A stretch of DNA of 64,000 bases, from assembly GCA_964276515.1 (NCBI GenBank), contig OZ193910.1, positions 1,674,001 through 1,738,000 on the forward strand, read 5' to 3'. The first letter of the stretch is position 1. The number at the start of each line of letters is the position of its first letter. Origin of the DNA: Gordius albopunctatus. Its lineage: Eukaryota. Under the pieces are notes generated by a model. That model saw nothing but the letters and a program-made list of their open reading frames with translations. It searched no databases and was not told the DNA's origin. Shown one piece after another: positions 50,499-64,000 of this stretch. A program made the position numbers and the translations under genes.

Positions 50499-53400
50499 GT
50501 GATACCCCATCAAAAGTTTGATAAATTAATATTATAATAACAAATTCCTGATTTTTATAGACAACTGTTAACGCATCAAAACTTTCAAGGGATAAAAATC
50601 ACAAAAAAATTCCTTTTGGTGTGCCATTGGATTCATACAAAATGTACACAAACGCTAAGTTGTTATGTGCATCACATATCTCTAATTTCATCTGAAATTA
50701 TTAAGTAAAGCTTTGATTCATTGGAATTTTGACAGAATATTTTTAAGGTTCATTTAGCCGTTAAATTTATTAGTTAATTTTAATTTTTAGGCGATGTAAA
50801 GGGGGGGGATTGTGGAACTATATCTATAAAATCATCTAAGACAGGGACAATAGCTTCTAAATACTCTCCAACGAATTTTAATTTCATAATTAATTATCTT
50901 TATATTTTATGTTATAATTACGCCTTTTGAGGATCTATCCTTAAAAAAGGCTTTCAAATGTTCTCATTGTTTTCCTGATATGAATGCTGCCTGAAAATGC
51001 TGCCAATATTTCATATGTAAAATTAAAATTTGTTATATATTTGGCCAAGATTTTTTGGGGTTGTGGCAATAATAATTTTTATAAAAACTTTGTTAAATAG
51101 TTTTTTTTTTACTATTTTTAAAAATGTCAGCGATTTCTGCTTCACAAAAACTTATTATACCAACTGAAATTTTCTATATTGTTTCAACTACATTACTTTG
51201 TTTTATTTATCAATAAATTTTCATTATCTTATGGCCTAGAAACATGCGGGTCTAAGACATACCAGTGTGATGTTGTTAGAAAAAATAAACAAAGTAGTAG
51301 CGGAATTTTAAGTTTGTCCAACGTTTATGAGACAAAAATTTATCATTTGCGTTTGATCCATGGTCGTATCCAGGTTTTGGATTGGGAGACAAACATAATT
51401 TTTTTAGTCCCCTATGGATGACCAGCTCAGCCCCACCCCCCTAAGGCAAAAATGCTAGCTACGCCGCTGGCTCCATCGAATACTCAAACAGCTATATTAA
51501 TCCACCACAATTCCTCTATATTCCTTAGTCTCCTTAGATTTTTAAGGTAACATTTTAATATAATTTATTAAATAATTAATATATATATTTATGTGTTGAA
51601 GAACCCTTTTAAAAAACATTTTTTATGATTAGTTTCTAAAACTAGTGCATATAAAATTTATATTATATTTTCTTTAAACAACATGTTTTTTATTCTAATT
51701 TTAAAATGTCCATATAAATTTGCGTAACTTTATGTCTTAAAACTTGTGTATATATTATAAAAATTAAAAAAAAAACGTTTTCGGATTTAGAATAGATTGA
51801 TATTTTGCCTCGGCCTCATGGTCATTTCATTCTAAAATTTATCGATTTTTTGCATGGCTAATAGGATGACAAACACGATTACATCTTTTTAACTCTACCA
51901 GTTAAAAAGCTCTCAAAATTTGGCTAAAAATGGCCTTGTCATTTTAAGGCCTTTTTTGTTTAGAAATTTTAGGAATTAAGCGCGTTATTTGTCGATTTCA
52001 ATAATAACTATATTCGATTTCAATCTATTTTTAAGTTTTACCAACTTGTAATTCAAACAAGACATTTTATCGATTTTTCTGGCTACAATCTCATTCAGTA
52101 TTAATTAGACTTTTGCAAAGTCATGATACTAAGAAACAATATTGGATATCATGGGCCTAGCTAGGCACAGTTATTGTTTCTCCCCTCACATCTATCTTTA
52201 CATGGGATTAGCCAGGTTTTGGATTAGGAGGGAAGGCAACAGAACGTTTAAAAGCTCAATTAGGCAGAGGCAAAACGTAAATTTTTCAAATTTAAAGGCA
52301 TTTTGCATTGAACATTTTTTTTCGCCCCCCCCCCCCCATCCTGGGTACGCCCATCAATCTTTATAAAACAATATGTAATTAAATTAACCCTTTTCCTTGA
52401 TCTTATAAGTGTCAATATGGGCCTCATAAGCTTTACTCGGTGAAATTTTAATATTTTTGCTGCCTACACCCTATGCACGTGGCCAAAAACAATATTAAAT
52501 GTTTGATATAATCCCACATTTTAATTAAAAGCTAGTTAAACTATAATTTGGAAATTAATCAATTTTACACATTATTTTTCCCACGAATTATATTAAATGA
52601 GCCATCTCACATTGACAAACATGTTTTTAATTGCTATGCAATTTATGGGCTCGTTTTTGGTTGTCCGTCGTCCGTCCGTCCGTCCGTCGTCCACCAAGTT
52701 ATTTTTGTTATAAAGATTGGAAAAATTTAAGCTTAAATGTAACTGGGGGGTCACCATTACTCAGACATTTAGAAATGCTTTGCATCTTCTCTTATACTAA
52801 ATGTCCAAAAATTCACAAAATTAAGCAGATATTTCAGATCTCTCCACTTTGTAACCTAATTTTAGGACGTCTCAAAGATGGCGTAGCCAAGGAAGGGGGG
52901 CAAGGAGGTGCAACTGCCCCCATATAAATCCAAAAATTATTGAATTTAATAAAATTATGGGGTGAAATTTAAAAAATGATTTATTTTGCCCCTCCCTAAA
53001 TCATTATTGCCCCCCCCTCTAATTCCAGTGCTAGCTACGCCCATGATTGAAAATGTGTATTGGGTCCATCGTAGTGCCTCTCGTAAAAAGAGGGAAACGT
53101 TAATTGATTATTATTTTTAGGCTTGAAAGGAGTAGAAAACAATGAATTTTTAAAAAAAATTAATTATTATTTCTTTAATTTTAGTGATAAATTTATTATA
53201 AATAAACGGTTAACATTTATGCTACTGGTAACTCTTAGCTAAAAGTGTATAATTATAGATAATTAATTTTCAAAAAGTTATAATCCCCTAAATCAATATC
53301 AAACATCTTTTTCCTTCAATTTATCTCTATACCCGTCACTCCTTGTGTATGAATATTTAGTTTCTCAAAAAAGAAATACCCTCACATGTGTTGTGTGTAG

Positions 53401-53881
53401 GTCTAGGTAGGCCAATACTCGAATTACCTTCATCACTCTGACTAAATACTGAACCCGTAAAATTTATTTATATTACTACTATTTTTTACTAAAATTTTTA
53501 AAATAATTTGTTTGAAAATATTTTCGCATTGTCCATGTGTTTAACCATGGACTATATAAGCTGCTCAAAGCCCCAGCTAAATGACAAAAAAATGTAATGC
53601 AAAAATCCTAAGAAAATTTAAAAATTTTATGTTTTGCTCTCCCCTCCCATCCAAAACCTGTCTACGACCATTACAGTAGTTGATAAAAAAACAAGCTCTA
53701 TTGTATTTCACGAAATATATGCAAAATAATAGTTTTTTAATTGATTCAGTAACTACTAAATAGCTCGTTATACACTACAGGGAAGAAGTGAAACGAGAGA
53801 ATCTTTTTTAGTGTTTTCCAAACTTAATAAATATGAATAATCTTTTGCGCGAGCATGATCCTTTCTATCATAAAATCGATA

Positions 53882-54048
53882 TATGGGCGTAGCCAGCATT
53901 GGACTTTGAGGGGGGGGGGCAATCATGATTTAGGGACGGGCAAAAAGATCATTTTTTGATATTTTAGCCGTAACTATTAATATATTAAAAACAAAAATTT
54001 TAATTTAGAGGTGGCCAGCCTCCCCCCCTCCCTTTGGCTACGCCCATG
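53882..54048. mobile_element. hAT MITE, ~170-bp family, just upstream of the GNAT gene
   Basis: ATGGGCGTAGCCA / TGGCTACGCCCAT TIRs and perfect 8-bp TSD AATCGATA. Confidence 0.9.
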
Positions 54049-54179
54049 AATCGATATCTATATATATTTCGTACTAAACGGTCGTTTTTATTTCGGTCTG
54101 CCCAGCATTACCGCCTGACAGTCAAGCTGAAGCATTATCCATTCGTCTTCACATTTCATTCCCGGAAGAAAGTAGACAA

Positions 54180-57100
54180 ATGTCGAAGGACCTTACTACA
54201 CAAGACAGTAAACAACCCACAACAATCACTTATCGTCCCCTTCAATTGGAGGAGATCGATGGAATCACAACTTGGGTCACCCGACAAGTGGGTTGGACCA
54301 CGAATGACTCCACCTTTCTCAAGTTGTGCCACACCATTGACCCTACCGGTTTTATAGCTGCCATACATCCGGATGCTGGAATTGTTGGTAAGCATCCTTA
54401 ATTACCTATATCAAAGTTTTTCACGAATCACACCCCCCCCCCTTGCATGGGCTTCCCTCCTCTAAATCCAAAAATTTGTTGAAATTTAGTAAAATTATGG
54501 CTAAAATTTCAAAAAATGACCATTTTGCACCTCCTACTTAAATTATTATTGCCCCCTCTAATCCCCATGTTAAACGCCTAAACTTGACGGTTTCTAATAG
54601 TAAATTAAAGCTTAAGTTATGCCATTAAAAATTTGATACCATTAATTGTTTAGGATAATATATGGGGCATTCCATGAGAAATCACAACGTTTTCGACCGA
54701 CCATCTCAGATCAAGATAATTTTTGGTGAGGATGTAGGCCTCATTTATTAGAGTAATTTCTGAAAACTTTAGCCATTTTGGGCCAATACTTTTTAAGTTA
54801 TGGACGTTCAAAGGGCCAAAATAACTTTCGAGAGCCTTCTATGGATTTTACTCTTTTTACCCATTTTTTTCAATCAAATTTTAGTGCATTTTATACCTAA
54901 AAATTTTCTATCAAAATAATTTAGCGAAAAATCCCAAACTTTTGCGGTTAATTTTTGTGGTCAAATTAGTGAAAAATCATAAAAACCTATTTGCCCACCA
55001 TTTGAAATTACCAATTTCGCAATGTGCACTCCTTTATGACGCATTATCATATTTCAATCATGAAAAGTTTGGGAACGGCTACGGGATGGTCAAGAATTCG
55101 AAAAATTACATTTTCATCCAAATTTTTATAGATGGCGCTATAATTAATTATCACAAGAACATATTATGTATGATGTTTGTTTTTTTTTTTTATCAAAATC
55201 CGAGTTTGAAAAAAGGGGTAGGCTAAAATTGATGAGGTTGAAAAAAAAAAATACTAATATGATGGCGAAATCGCTCATATATTTTTATTTTTGTACTAAT
55301 AATAATCAATGCTAAAAATATTAAAATTTATGCAGGATAAAAGGTGTTTTAAAAAATTTTGCTTGCTAGTTGAGACCATTTTTTATTTTAATTAAAATTA
55401 AAGTTATTTTCAAACTCGGCTACTTGCCCATCGCGTAGATAAAAGATAAAAATTTAAATTTATTTTTATTCCAATATTATTCATTTACCATATATTCTTT
55501 ATAAATTCGCAATTTGATAAAAAAACAAACATCATACATAATATGTTCTTGTGATAATTAATTATACCGCCATCTATAAAATTTTTGGTGAAAATGTAAT
55601 TTTTCGAATTCTTGACCATCTCGTAGCCGTTCCCAAAATTTTTATGATTGAAATATGATAATGGGTAATATTGGAGTGCACATTGTGAAATTGATAATTT
55701 CAAATGATGGGCAAATAGGTTTTTATGATTTTTCACTAATTTGACCACAAATATTAACCGCAAAATTTTGGGATTTTTTACTAAATTATTTAGATAGAAA
55801 ATTTTTTAGGTAAAAAATGCACTAAAATTTGATTGAATAGCGCCATTACTTTCAAAAATATGGCAAAAATAGTAAAATCCATAGAACGCTTCCGAAAGTG
55901 ATTTTGGCCCTTTAAACGTCCATAACTTAAAAAGTATTGGCCCAAAATGGCTAAAATTTTCAGAAATTACTCGAATAAATGAGGCCTACATCCTCACCAA
56001 AAATTACCTTGATCTGAGATGGTCGGTCGAAAATCGTCTTTTTTTGACGAATCGATATGGAATGCCTCAATTAGAGGGGACAATAATGATTTAGGAAGAA
56101 AAAATGTTCATATTTTAAAATTTTAGCCATAATTTTAATAATAATCAACAAATTTTTGAATTTAGAGAGGGGCAGCCGCCCCTCCATTCTCCCCCCTTCT
56201 TGGCTACGCACGCCCATGCACAATAAAATTTTATACTAAATTGGTTTCGCTAGTTTTCGTAAAAGACCTTTAAACGTTTATACGTTAAAATCAATCGTGG
56301 CTATTATACATTTATTAATTATAGTAGCCTGGGGGGAACAAGGGAAAAATAGTAATTGTATTGATTAAATCACTAATAGGTTTACTTAAGATATCTTAGC
56401 AGGAAGAAGATGACTCAACTTATTTTATTTTACCAATTTAGTTATAATAGTCAATAATTTAAAATTCTATTGGCTTTGCCCCAACACACGAAATTTATGA
56501 TTCGTAATTCGAAATAATTGTATGCCATCTTAAATTTAAATCTAATTTGTACTTCTAAATGTAAGCTAAATATCGCAAAATTAACTGTTATAACAGGTTA
56601 TTTTCCTTGAAGATTCAAGAGACTTTTTTAGAAATTTAAGATTGCATTTATAAAATATAAATTTATCTAAAATGTCTTAAGAAAAAAATGTAACTTATAA
56701 ATTATAATAATTACAAATAAATTAAATAACCTTTTTAAACATATTTTAAACTTATATTTATCGTAACATGAATTAACTTTCGAGCCAGCAAAAACAAAAT
56801 AACATTTCTGCCTTTGTCAAATAAATTAGTTTTTTAGTGTGAAGTTTTCGCTTGTCCTTCTAATTTTAATGGCTCATAAAGAACTAAAAACGCTTTTTAA
56901 ATGTCATAAGCTATATCAAGGTCGCGCATCAACTGGACAGCCAAGAGAATAAAAAATATTCATTTTGTTTTCATTTCTCCTTCTTGTCAAATGAAACTAT
57001 ATTTGAAAAACTATTTATACATGGGCGTTGCCAGGTGGGGCGATGCCGAAAAAAGTTTTTTTCGATACAAAAACCTTTAAAAATTAAAATAAAATATATG

Positions 57101-59694
57101 TTTTGCCTTCTCCCCCCCACCCCCAATTGAACTTAATCAACTTTACTGAAAAATACAACAAATTATTTAACATATACATTATTTAATTTAAGAACCTCTA
57201 AAGGAATAAAGATAGAACGCCAAGTAAAACTTAAATATTTTTTTAGCTAAATCTGACTCAAAACAGTTTTTTTTTCATTTCAAATTTAAGCAAAATTATT
57301 AGGGGTAAAGCAAAAATATTTAACCGGGATCTTAGATTCTAATAAGAATTTCTTAGACAGCGTTTTTATATACTACTGTAAAAAGCCTAGAAATGCAATT
57401 AACTACAACTTTTGAAAAAAATTATATCAAGGAAATTTTTTACTTAAAAGTGGTTTTTTTTCATCTTGGAAAAAATTATATTGATTAAAATTAAACATAA
57501 TTTAATATCGACACCTATGTCTCAATAGTTCTAAAAAAATTATTGATTAGGAGGGGCAATGATGATTTAGGGAGGGAAAAAATGATTTTTGAAATTTTAG
57601 CCATAATTTTAATAAATTTCAACAATTTTTTTTGGATTTAGAGGGGGGCAGCCGTCCCTTCCTGCCCCCCCCCTGCCTACGTCCATGGTTTAGACATATA
57701 TATGGCGTTAATCTATCTATTTCTTATTACCAGAAAACATAGATATTCTATTCGGTCATACTTTTATTAACTCTTACAAGACAAACAATTTTTACAAAAT
57801 TTATAGTGTCAAACAATTTAGCAAAATATTGATTAAAAGTAAATATTTTATTTACACACTCATTGCTTAGGACTAGTTTTAAGCCTGAATATGGATGAAA
57901 ATTATTCGTTTGCAGGCCTTTACGTGGTTTCCAGTGAGTACAGGAATTTTGGAATCGGCAAACAACTATGGGATTCGATGCTGGATCACGTGGCCCCGCG
58001 ATGCTTGGGCATTAATTCAGTGGCTCCCAGGGTCAAGGCTAACATGAGAAATGGGATGACGGAAGCATTATTTAAAGGTAAAAGTACATCTTAATTCGAG
58101 AGTTAAAGGTGTACTTGGAGCTTAAAAGTGCTAAGCTAATAATGTATACTAGTGCAATAGCAAAAAAAGTCATTATAATTTAGGGAGCTTCAATTTAAAA
58201 AATAAATTTTTTTTTAAATAATACCTATTTTATGGATCGGGTTTTGACTACTCGTCACAAGTTGATGACTTCGTTTAGTGATTGTTTTGCATTAAATTAT
58301 GTATTTACAAAACTAACACCCTCAATCACATTTAAGTATTTGATTTAATAATTATTATTATTTTTATCGTTAGTTAGTTTGTTGAACGGAAAAGTTAAAC
58401 GCGACGCCTTCAAACCATCGCATAGAGTGAAGAATGATCCAAACATCGATATCAATATCAATCTCGGTCACTACTTGGACTGGGATGTCAATAACAACCC
58501 TCATATTAAATGCGATAATTGGGATCCCATCAAAAAGCCGAAAGAAATCACGCAAATCACGTTGCAGCAATGTCCTAATTACGATGTCTTAAATAATTTG
58601 AGAAACCTCAAATTTAAGGTCAGCCATGTGAATAATTACGTCACTTACGCCTTCCGACTCGTAGAAGGTGATCAAATCGCCTTCGAATCCTTATTTCGTT
58701 ATGACACCCAAATTCACGGGGGAATAGCGAGGAAAGAGTTTTTAAAAACTTACCTGGAAATGTCCAAATCAACCGATTGCAGAGTAAACGCTTTTTCCAT
58801 TGAAAAAATGAGTAATGCTAAGCATTAAGCAGCTAATATTTACATGGGTGTAGCCAGCATGAAATTAGGGGGGGGGCGCAATAGATGGCATAAAAATGCC
58901 ATTATAAAATTTAAACCTTTTGGGCAGGGGACAGCCCCATTTAACTATTAATTAAGAAACGATTTAAATTCGATTTATAGTTGTTGTACCTTCGTGCTTT
59001 AAATAATTTAATCGAGATACATTTGGTCAATATTTTCACTTTACGATATGCCTATCAATAACTAATGAGTTTATACCCAATAAATTGAAACAATATTTAT
59101 TTCATCAATTGCTTGATATCTATATGTATATATATTTTTTTGCAGGCTTTCCATGCTAATGACAAGGCTGCCAGCTTAAACTTTACAAAATGTTTGGTGG
59201 CCATCCAAGAACCAGAATCTGAGTCCACCAACGAAACAACTATAAGAGGCTACGGTATTATCCGGCCCAGAGTATGTCACGATAAAAATGTGGATCGGCA
59301 TCTACAAAACGCAACTGAGCCTTGCCATTATTTCATTATAGGCCCACTTTACGCCGACGAACCTTACGTGGCGACCGTTTTGTTGAATGCTTTAGTAAAG
59401 TCTTTACCTGATTCTTGGCCTATCGACCTAGAATTGACAGTGCCCGTTAAAGATCCCACATGCCCGGCTTCTCATAACGATCAAATTAGGGCAGATTTTT
59501 TAAACCGAGTTGGCAGGGAGCAATTGGGTTTGAGGTGCGAAACTGACTGTTATCGAATGTACCAAAAAGTTGATAAACCACGGTTAAATAGCATTACAGC
59601 AAATGACACAACGAATAAAGAATCTCTAAAAATACCAAATATACAACTGCATAAGGTGTATTCCATGCTTAGTTCTGATATTTATTTGGTTTAA
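54180..59694 (+). CDS. GNAT N-acetyltransferase with C-terminal YitH/HolE-like domain, 457 aa. Exons 54180-54387, 57871-58077, 58374-58783, 59146-59694
   Basis: VGW...IDPTGFIAA, acetyl-CoA motif GLYVVSSEYRNFGIGKQLW, YD......RKEFL, RGYGIIRP, IGPLYAD..VA..LL. The GT-AG introns join in phases 1, 1, 0 with no stops. Start codon assumed. Confidence 0.85.
54663..56069. mobile_element. Foldback-type non-autonomous DNA transposon in GNAT intron 1
   Basis: Ends TGGGGCATTCCAT / ATGGAATGCCTCA and ~500-bp inverted arms (about 54690-55195 versus 55515-56033). Confidence 0.85.
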
Positions 59695-60354
59695 CATTTT
59701 TACCCCATTTACAAGCAGCACTACTCATTGAGTGCTCCATTAACATTTTTAGCTCATCAATCGTCTTTTTAATAGATGTATTTGCTCATTCTTTGTCATA
59801 AAACTTGCTAGTCACATTTTGAATCACAATGTTAAGTATTTTTTCGACAATACTATCTTTGATGCGATACAATTGATATCTATATACCAAATTACTCATT
59901 ATGTTAAATAGCAAATAAATTCTGTGATAAATTTTTCCACACTACTTACTATCCCAGAAAACTTAATTTTTTATACGCACATACATCTTATTATTGTGTT
60001 AACGTTTTTAAAGAATAATGTTAGCTACGTCACAAAACGAAAACACTTTTGGATTGAATAAAATTTCCGCTAAAAACTAGGTAGTATCTTGTACAAATTC
60101 ATTTTAAAGCTCACCTTATATTTTTAATGGTGGCGGGATTTTGTGTCAACCAACAGACACTGAGATTTGGATAAATTCCTTCTAACTTAATACCATCAGG
60201 CGCATAGCCAAGATATTTTCAAGGGGGGAGGGAGGGGAAAATCTCAAAAAAATTTATATCATTTATATTTATAATTTAATAAAGATTGAAGAACAGAAAG
60301 GCCGACTGGCTGCCGGGCCCGCTCAACTACGGGCCGGAAAGCAACTGTAGTAAA

Positions 60355-62536
60355 TTTTTTTTTTTAATATTAAAAAGTTTATTTGTTAAAAATCCGTCGA
60401 CAGTAATCTAATATAAATACATAAAATATAAAAGACAAAATACGTCAAATAAAATAATACACTATTCTAATATATCATCATCGAGGGGATCTTCCAAAAT
60501 TGGCCAAGAATCCGCGAACGATTTAAAATTGTACTTGGCTATAAGAATACCAAGTCGTTGTTTAAGTAAAAAGGATACCGAATGTTAAGACGGGGGAGAA
60601 CGTCTTCCTACCTCTTTCAAAAAGGCTAAGGCCTGTTTGCCAAAGGTGCCTGAACACGAAGCAACCAATGGAATAAAAATGTTTGAGGATAATAGGGCTT
60701 TGTATTTATTAGCTTTCCGCCCCTCTGCGACAGCTAAAGAATCATTGTTGTAGTTAGAGGGGGCAAATAGGTCAATACACGTCAAGTCCCATTTAAGGTG
60801 AAGACCATTGCTCCATGGGACTAAAGAAGATCCATCAGGACGCATACGTCCCTCCAAGGAGGGGTCCGATGGCTCCAAGATGGATGGGATATTTGCTCTC
60901 TTCAATGCACTTTGAATTAAGGTATTGGCCTTATTGTGTCTAACATATTTAAATTTGTTTGCCAGGTAGTGTAAGGGATGCCTGGCTTGTTCGTCTACGA
61001 GTATCCTGCAATTCCGGCAAATAAATGGCTTCGAAATTTCACCCCTAGCCTGAGAGCTATGGAGTACGAAAATTCCGAGTCCTCCAGCATCATCCCGGTG
61101 AGACAGCTTGGGTAGACCTCTAGCCATTCGTGACCTGAACCCTCAAACAAAAACGACCTTAAATTAGAACACTGACTTGCATCGCTACTCGAAATTAGAT
61201 AATCAACGGAGCGCAACACAAGTCCGGCATCCCAATCTTTTTGTCGTGAGTTTTGTGGCAAAGGTGTTCCGGGATTGGTATTGTTTTCCCAAATAGCTAA
61301 AGCAATGGGCAAAAGCGGGTCTTCTTTAACAGGATACAACTTAAAAATGGTATCTTGTACCGATTTGTAAGATGAAATAAACGAGACTAGAGATATTGCG
61401 GCAGGTGAGCGAATCCCTAAACCACCCGATTTGGTTGGTAGGGAAGCTTGTAACCAGCTATGAGTATTGAAATTTATATTTAAAATAGATTGTAAAATAG
61501 ATTTAATATTCTGTTCGAAGAGGTTTAAAATTTCCGAGTATAAAAAAGCACTTGAAGAGCGAAAAGAGTGTTGAATTTTTGAAATATTAAAATAGTTTTT
61601 CATTATGTAAAAAGCGTGGTGTGAAGGCAAACACTTTAAGAGATCTAATTTTGAGTTTAAAATAGAGAGATTTTTCTCCAAATAAGTTGCGAGTCCAACT
61701 CTACCACCTATAGGCGATCCAAGATGGCACATAGCGTCTTTCTCGATTGCTAAAAAAGGGGTAATGTGTGGATATAATGAGTAATCAGGGGGTTGAAAGA
61801 TCTCACATTTGGTCTCGTTTAGTTTTAGTTTTAAAATTGGTTCGAAATCCTTTATAATTTTGATGGCTTTAAAAACTTCGCGAGGATGACCACAAAGGGT
61901 GGCATCGTCCAAGTACCAAATATTAAGTGTTAGGTCGCATTCGTGCGATATTTTTTCCACTAAACATTGGATGCCTGAGCAAAATAATGGCGGACCCAAT
62001 GGGTCACCTTGTTGGATACCTTCAGATGAATTTATTTTAAAATCCCCAAATCTTAAAAAGGATGTTGAGCCATAACTTAATAAGATGTAGTTATGGAACT
62101 CCGGGAATTTCTCGAGAAAATTTTCGATAAGGACATCTCTACGAATGCTATTAAAAGCGTTGGCAAAGTCTAGTTTGACCATGCAATGATCCGATGGTAT
62201 GCCTTCGAGGGCTAGCCTAGCGGCATGACTAGCAGCTTCGCAGCCACCCTTTATTCCAAAACCTAATTGATGTGGACTTAGGTTAGTGGAAAGGATCGGT
62301 TTGATTTTATTACATATTATTTTAGAAATAATCCTCCTAAAAACTCTCCCAATAGCGATAGGTCTTAGTGAATTGTCTGGCTTCTTAATCGCTATCAATT
62401 TAGTGCCAAACAAAATAGGTATTATTTCATGAGGCACGTCCCCATTGACAATGAGATTGCATAACGATGTTATGGCCTTTAGGAGGCATGTTGAGTTTAG
62501 GTTATTAATTTTAAGTAAATCTTGGAGATATACAGC
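60355..62536 (-). mobile_element. CRE-clade non-LTR retrotransposon, 5'-truncated, with poly(A) tail
   Basis: RPIAIG, LDFANAFNS, GIQQGDPLGP, WYLDD, CRNC...HPLH, RHN, RPDG, WDLT. One frameshift near 61035 and one premature stop at 60585; AATAAA plus poly(A) at about 60355-60383. Confidence 0.92.
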
Positions 62537-63085
62537 TGGATGGAATCGTTTAAATTTTTTTGCAAAATCATCAATACAAATATAATTTTCTGCTAGAATA
62601 AAGCAAGCAACAATGTTACTTAGGCCACGGTTGTCAATCCCCATAAATGAAAGCAGTGGAAATGCACAAGAATTTAAGGTTGCATCAATAAACAAAACTT
62701 CTAGGTGATTGGTTATATATATTATGTTGCTCTTGTGTTTTATAGTATAAGACACAAAATTCATTATTCACAATTTGGACATCAACAGAGTTTCCCTCCT
62801 TAACATCTAATTCATTGATAAGGTAGGGCAATTCTTTAAAATCCTGTCTATTATTATTGGATTTTGATATTTCAATATTGTATAAATCTCGTAAGTAGAT
62901 AACTTGGTCTGATTTTTAAATTTTTTTGTGGAATTTCGGCATATTGCCATCAATATCCAAAGAATTTTCCACAATAGCTTTTTGTTCATTATCCAACTTC
63001 CTTCGTTTGGGAAGATGCATAGACTTAATAGACTGCTCCTTCCCTTTAAAAAATTGATGCCAATTTTGACCGCCATGTTCAACTA
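62537..63085 (-). mobile_element. MULE (Mutator/FAR1/ZSWIM3-like) transposase fragment
   Basis: EVLFIDAT...FPLLSFMGIDNRGLSNIVACFILAEN resembles the first catalytic-Asp block of the MULE domain. Confidence 0.7.
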
Positions 63086-63544
63086 ATATTTTTGTTTTCC
63101 TAGAGTTCTAACAGTTTATAGCTGCACAGTATCTCATTCTATGTTTTCCTTTTTCTATAAACAATAAAATATAATTATATATAGCATCTAAATAATTTAC
63201 ATGTGGCGCTTGTTAATTATTTCAAGATGGCCACCTTTTTGGCTTCAAATTTTCCATATGTATGCATGCTCAATGAGCAGTCTATTAAGTATAAGGTAAG
63301 ATGATTAAAATACTCTTTATCTACAAAACAAAAATAATTATTATACAAATTTTGAATAAATTATCGAAAGAAGGTGATAAAAATGAAAGCTACTAAACCA
63401 AAAGGAACTTTTGTCAACTTCGACGTTTAGTGCATAACATATATGGCTAAATTACAGGATTCTTATTCAAAAAAAGCTGATCAGAAAAAAAGCTAATGAA
63501 AAATGTAGACCCTAAAATGTACTTGATGTCTTATGAGGTGTATG

Positions 63545-64000
63545 TAGAGCCCTGCAAAATTGAATTTTATCGGCCCGAGCCCGACCCGAGCCCGAAACTT
63601 TTTTTTATTTTTTGTCCGAGCCCGACCCGAGCCCGATTTGTTTTTTTCAGTCAGGCCCGACCCGAGCCCGACCCGACTTTTGAAAAATGTAAATTTGTAC
63701 CAATTTTATTTCAAAAATTTATTTATAAATATATTACGTATCGCGAATATTATGTGATTTAAAATATGAATAATTATGGTAAATAAATAAACTAGAGTCT
63801 AATTTCTCGGGTTTTAACGAAGTCATTCTCTCTTGGTAAGCTCGCCCAGCTGTAGAAAATGCTCGCTCACTGCTAGCTGATGTAGCAGGTATTGCCAAAT
63901 ACTTTCTAGCCAAATTGCTCAAACAAGGATATTCACTCTGATGCATCTTCCACCATTCCTAAACTTCCATACCATCAATATAATTCGTATTTAAATATTT
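63545..64000 (-). mobile_element. hAT (ZBED/Ac-like) transposon 3' end, running off the window
   Basis: WWK...YPCLSNLARKYLAIPATSASSERAFSTAG dimerisation domain; CCCGA(G/C) subterminal repeats; terminus TAGAGCCCTGCA. Confidence 0.9.

Noticed and set aside
54942..55763. Two near-identical ORFs on opposite strands (94 and 92 aa)
   Set aside because: They are mirror images produced by the inverted arms of the foldback element, start at non-ATG codons and have no recognisable domain.
31983..63556. Single giant hAT element bounded by the TAGA(A/G)CCCTGCA termini
   Set aside because: The element bodies lie outside the interval (left of 32140 and right of 63545), so the two ends cannot enclose it.

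Overview
AT-rich, repeat-dense invertebrate (metazoan) nuclear DNA with spliceosomal introns; not prokaryotic. I can support three host genes: an intronless REV7/MAD2L2 HORMA gene (minus, 10971-11858), a 4-exon, 885-aa class C (mGluR-like) GPCR (plus, 25692-29941), and a 4-exon, 457-aa GNAT acetyltransferase with a YitH/HolE-like second domain (plus, 54180-59694). A truncated paralogous GPCR exon lies at 2742-3608. Most other recognisable sequence is transposon-derived: four RTE LINEs (one with the whole coding region and a 14-bp TSD), CRE-clade RT/RLE retrotransposons, a decayed Gypsy element, a Penelope-like relic, hAT, MULE and THAP relics, and many MITE, Helitron and Helentron-like non-autonomous elements. 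The most notable observations are two in-frame chimeric ORFs (hAT C-terminus fused to a GPCR exon; MULE transposase fragment fused to a CRE reverse transcriptase), a structured RTE leader RNA present twice, a Gypsy LTR ending about 110 bp upstream of the REV7 start codon, and a CCA-tailed tRNA-Leu fragment. I found no clearly new multi-gene system. All family assignments come from motif recognition by eye, without database searches.
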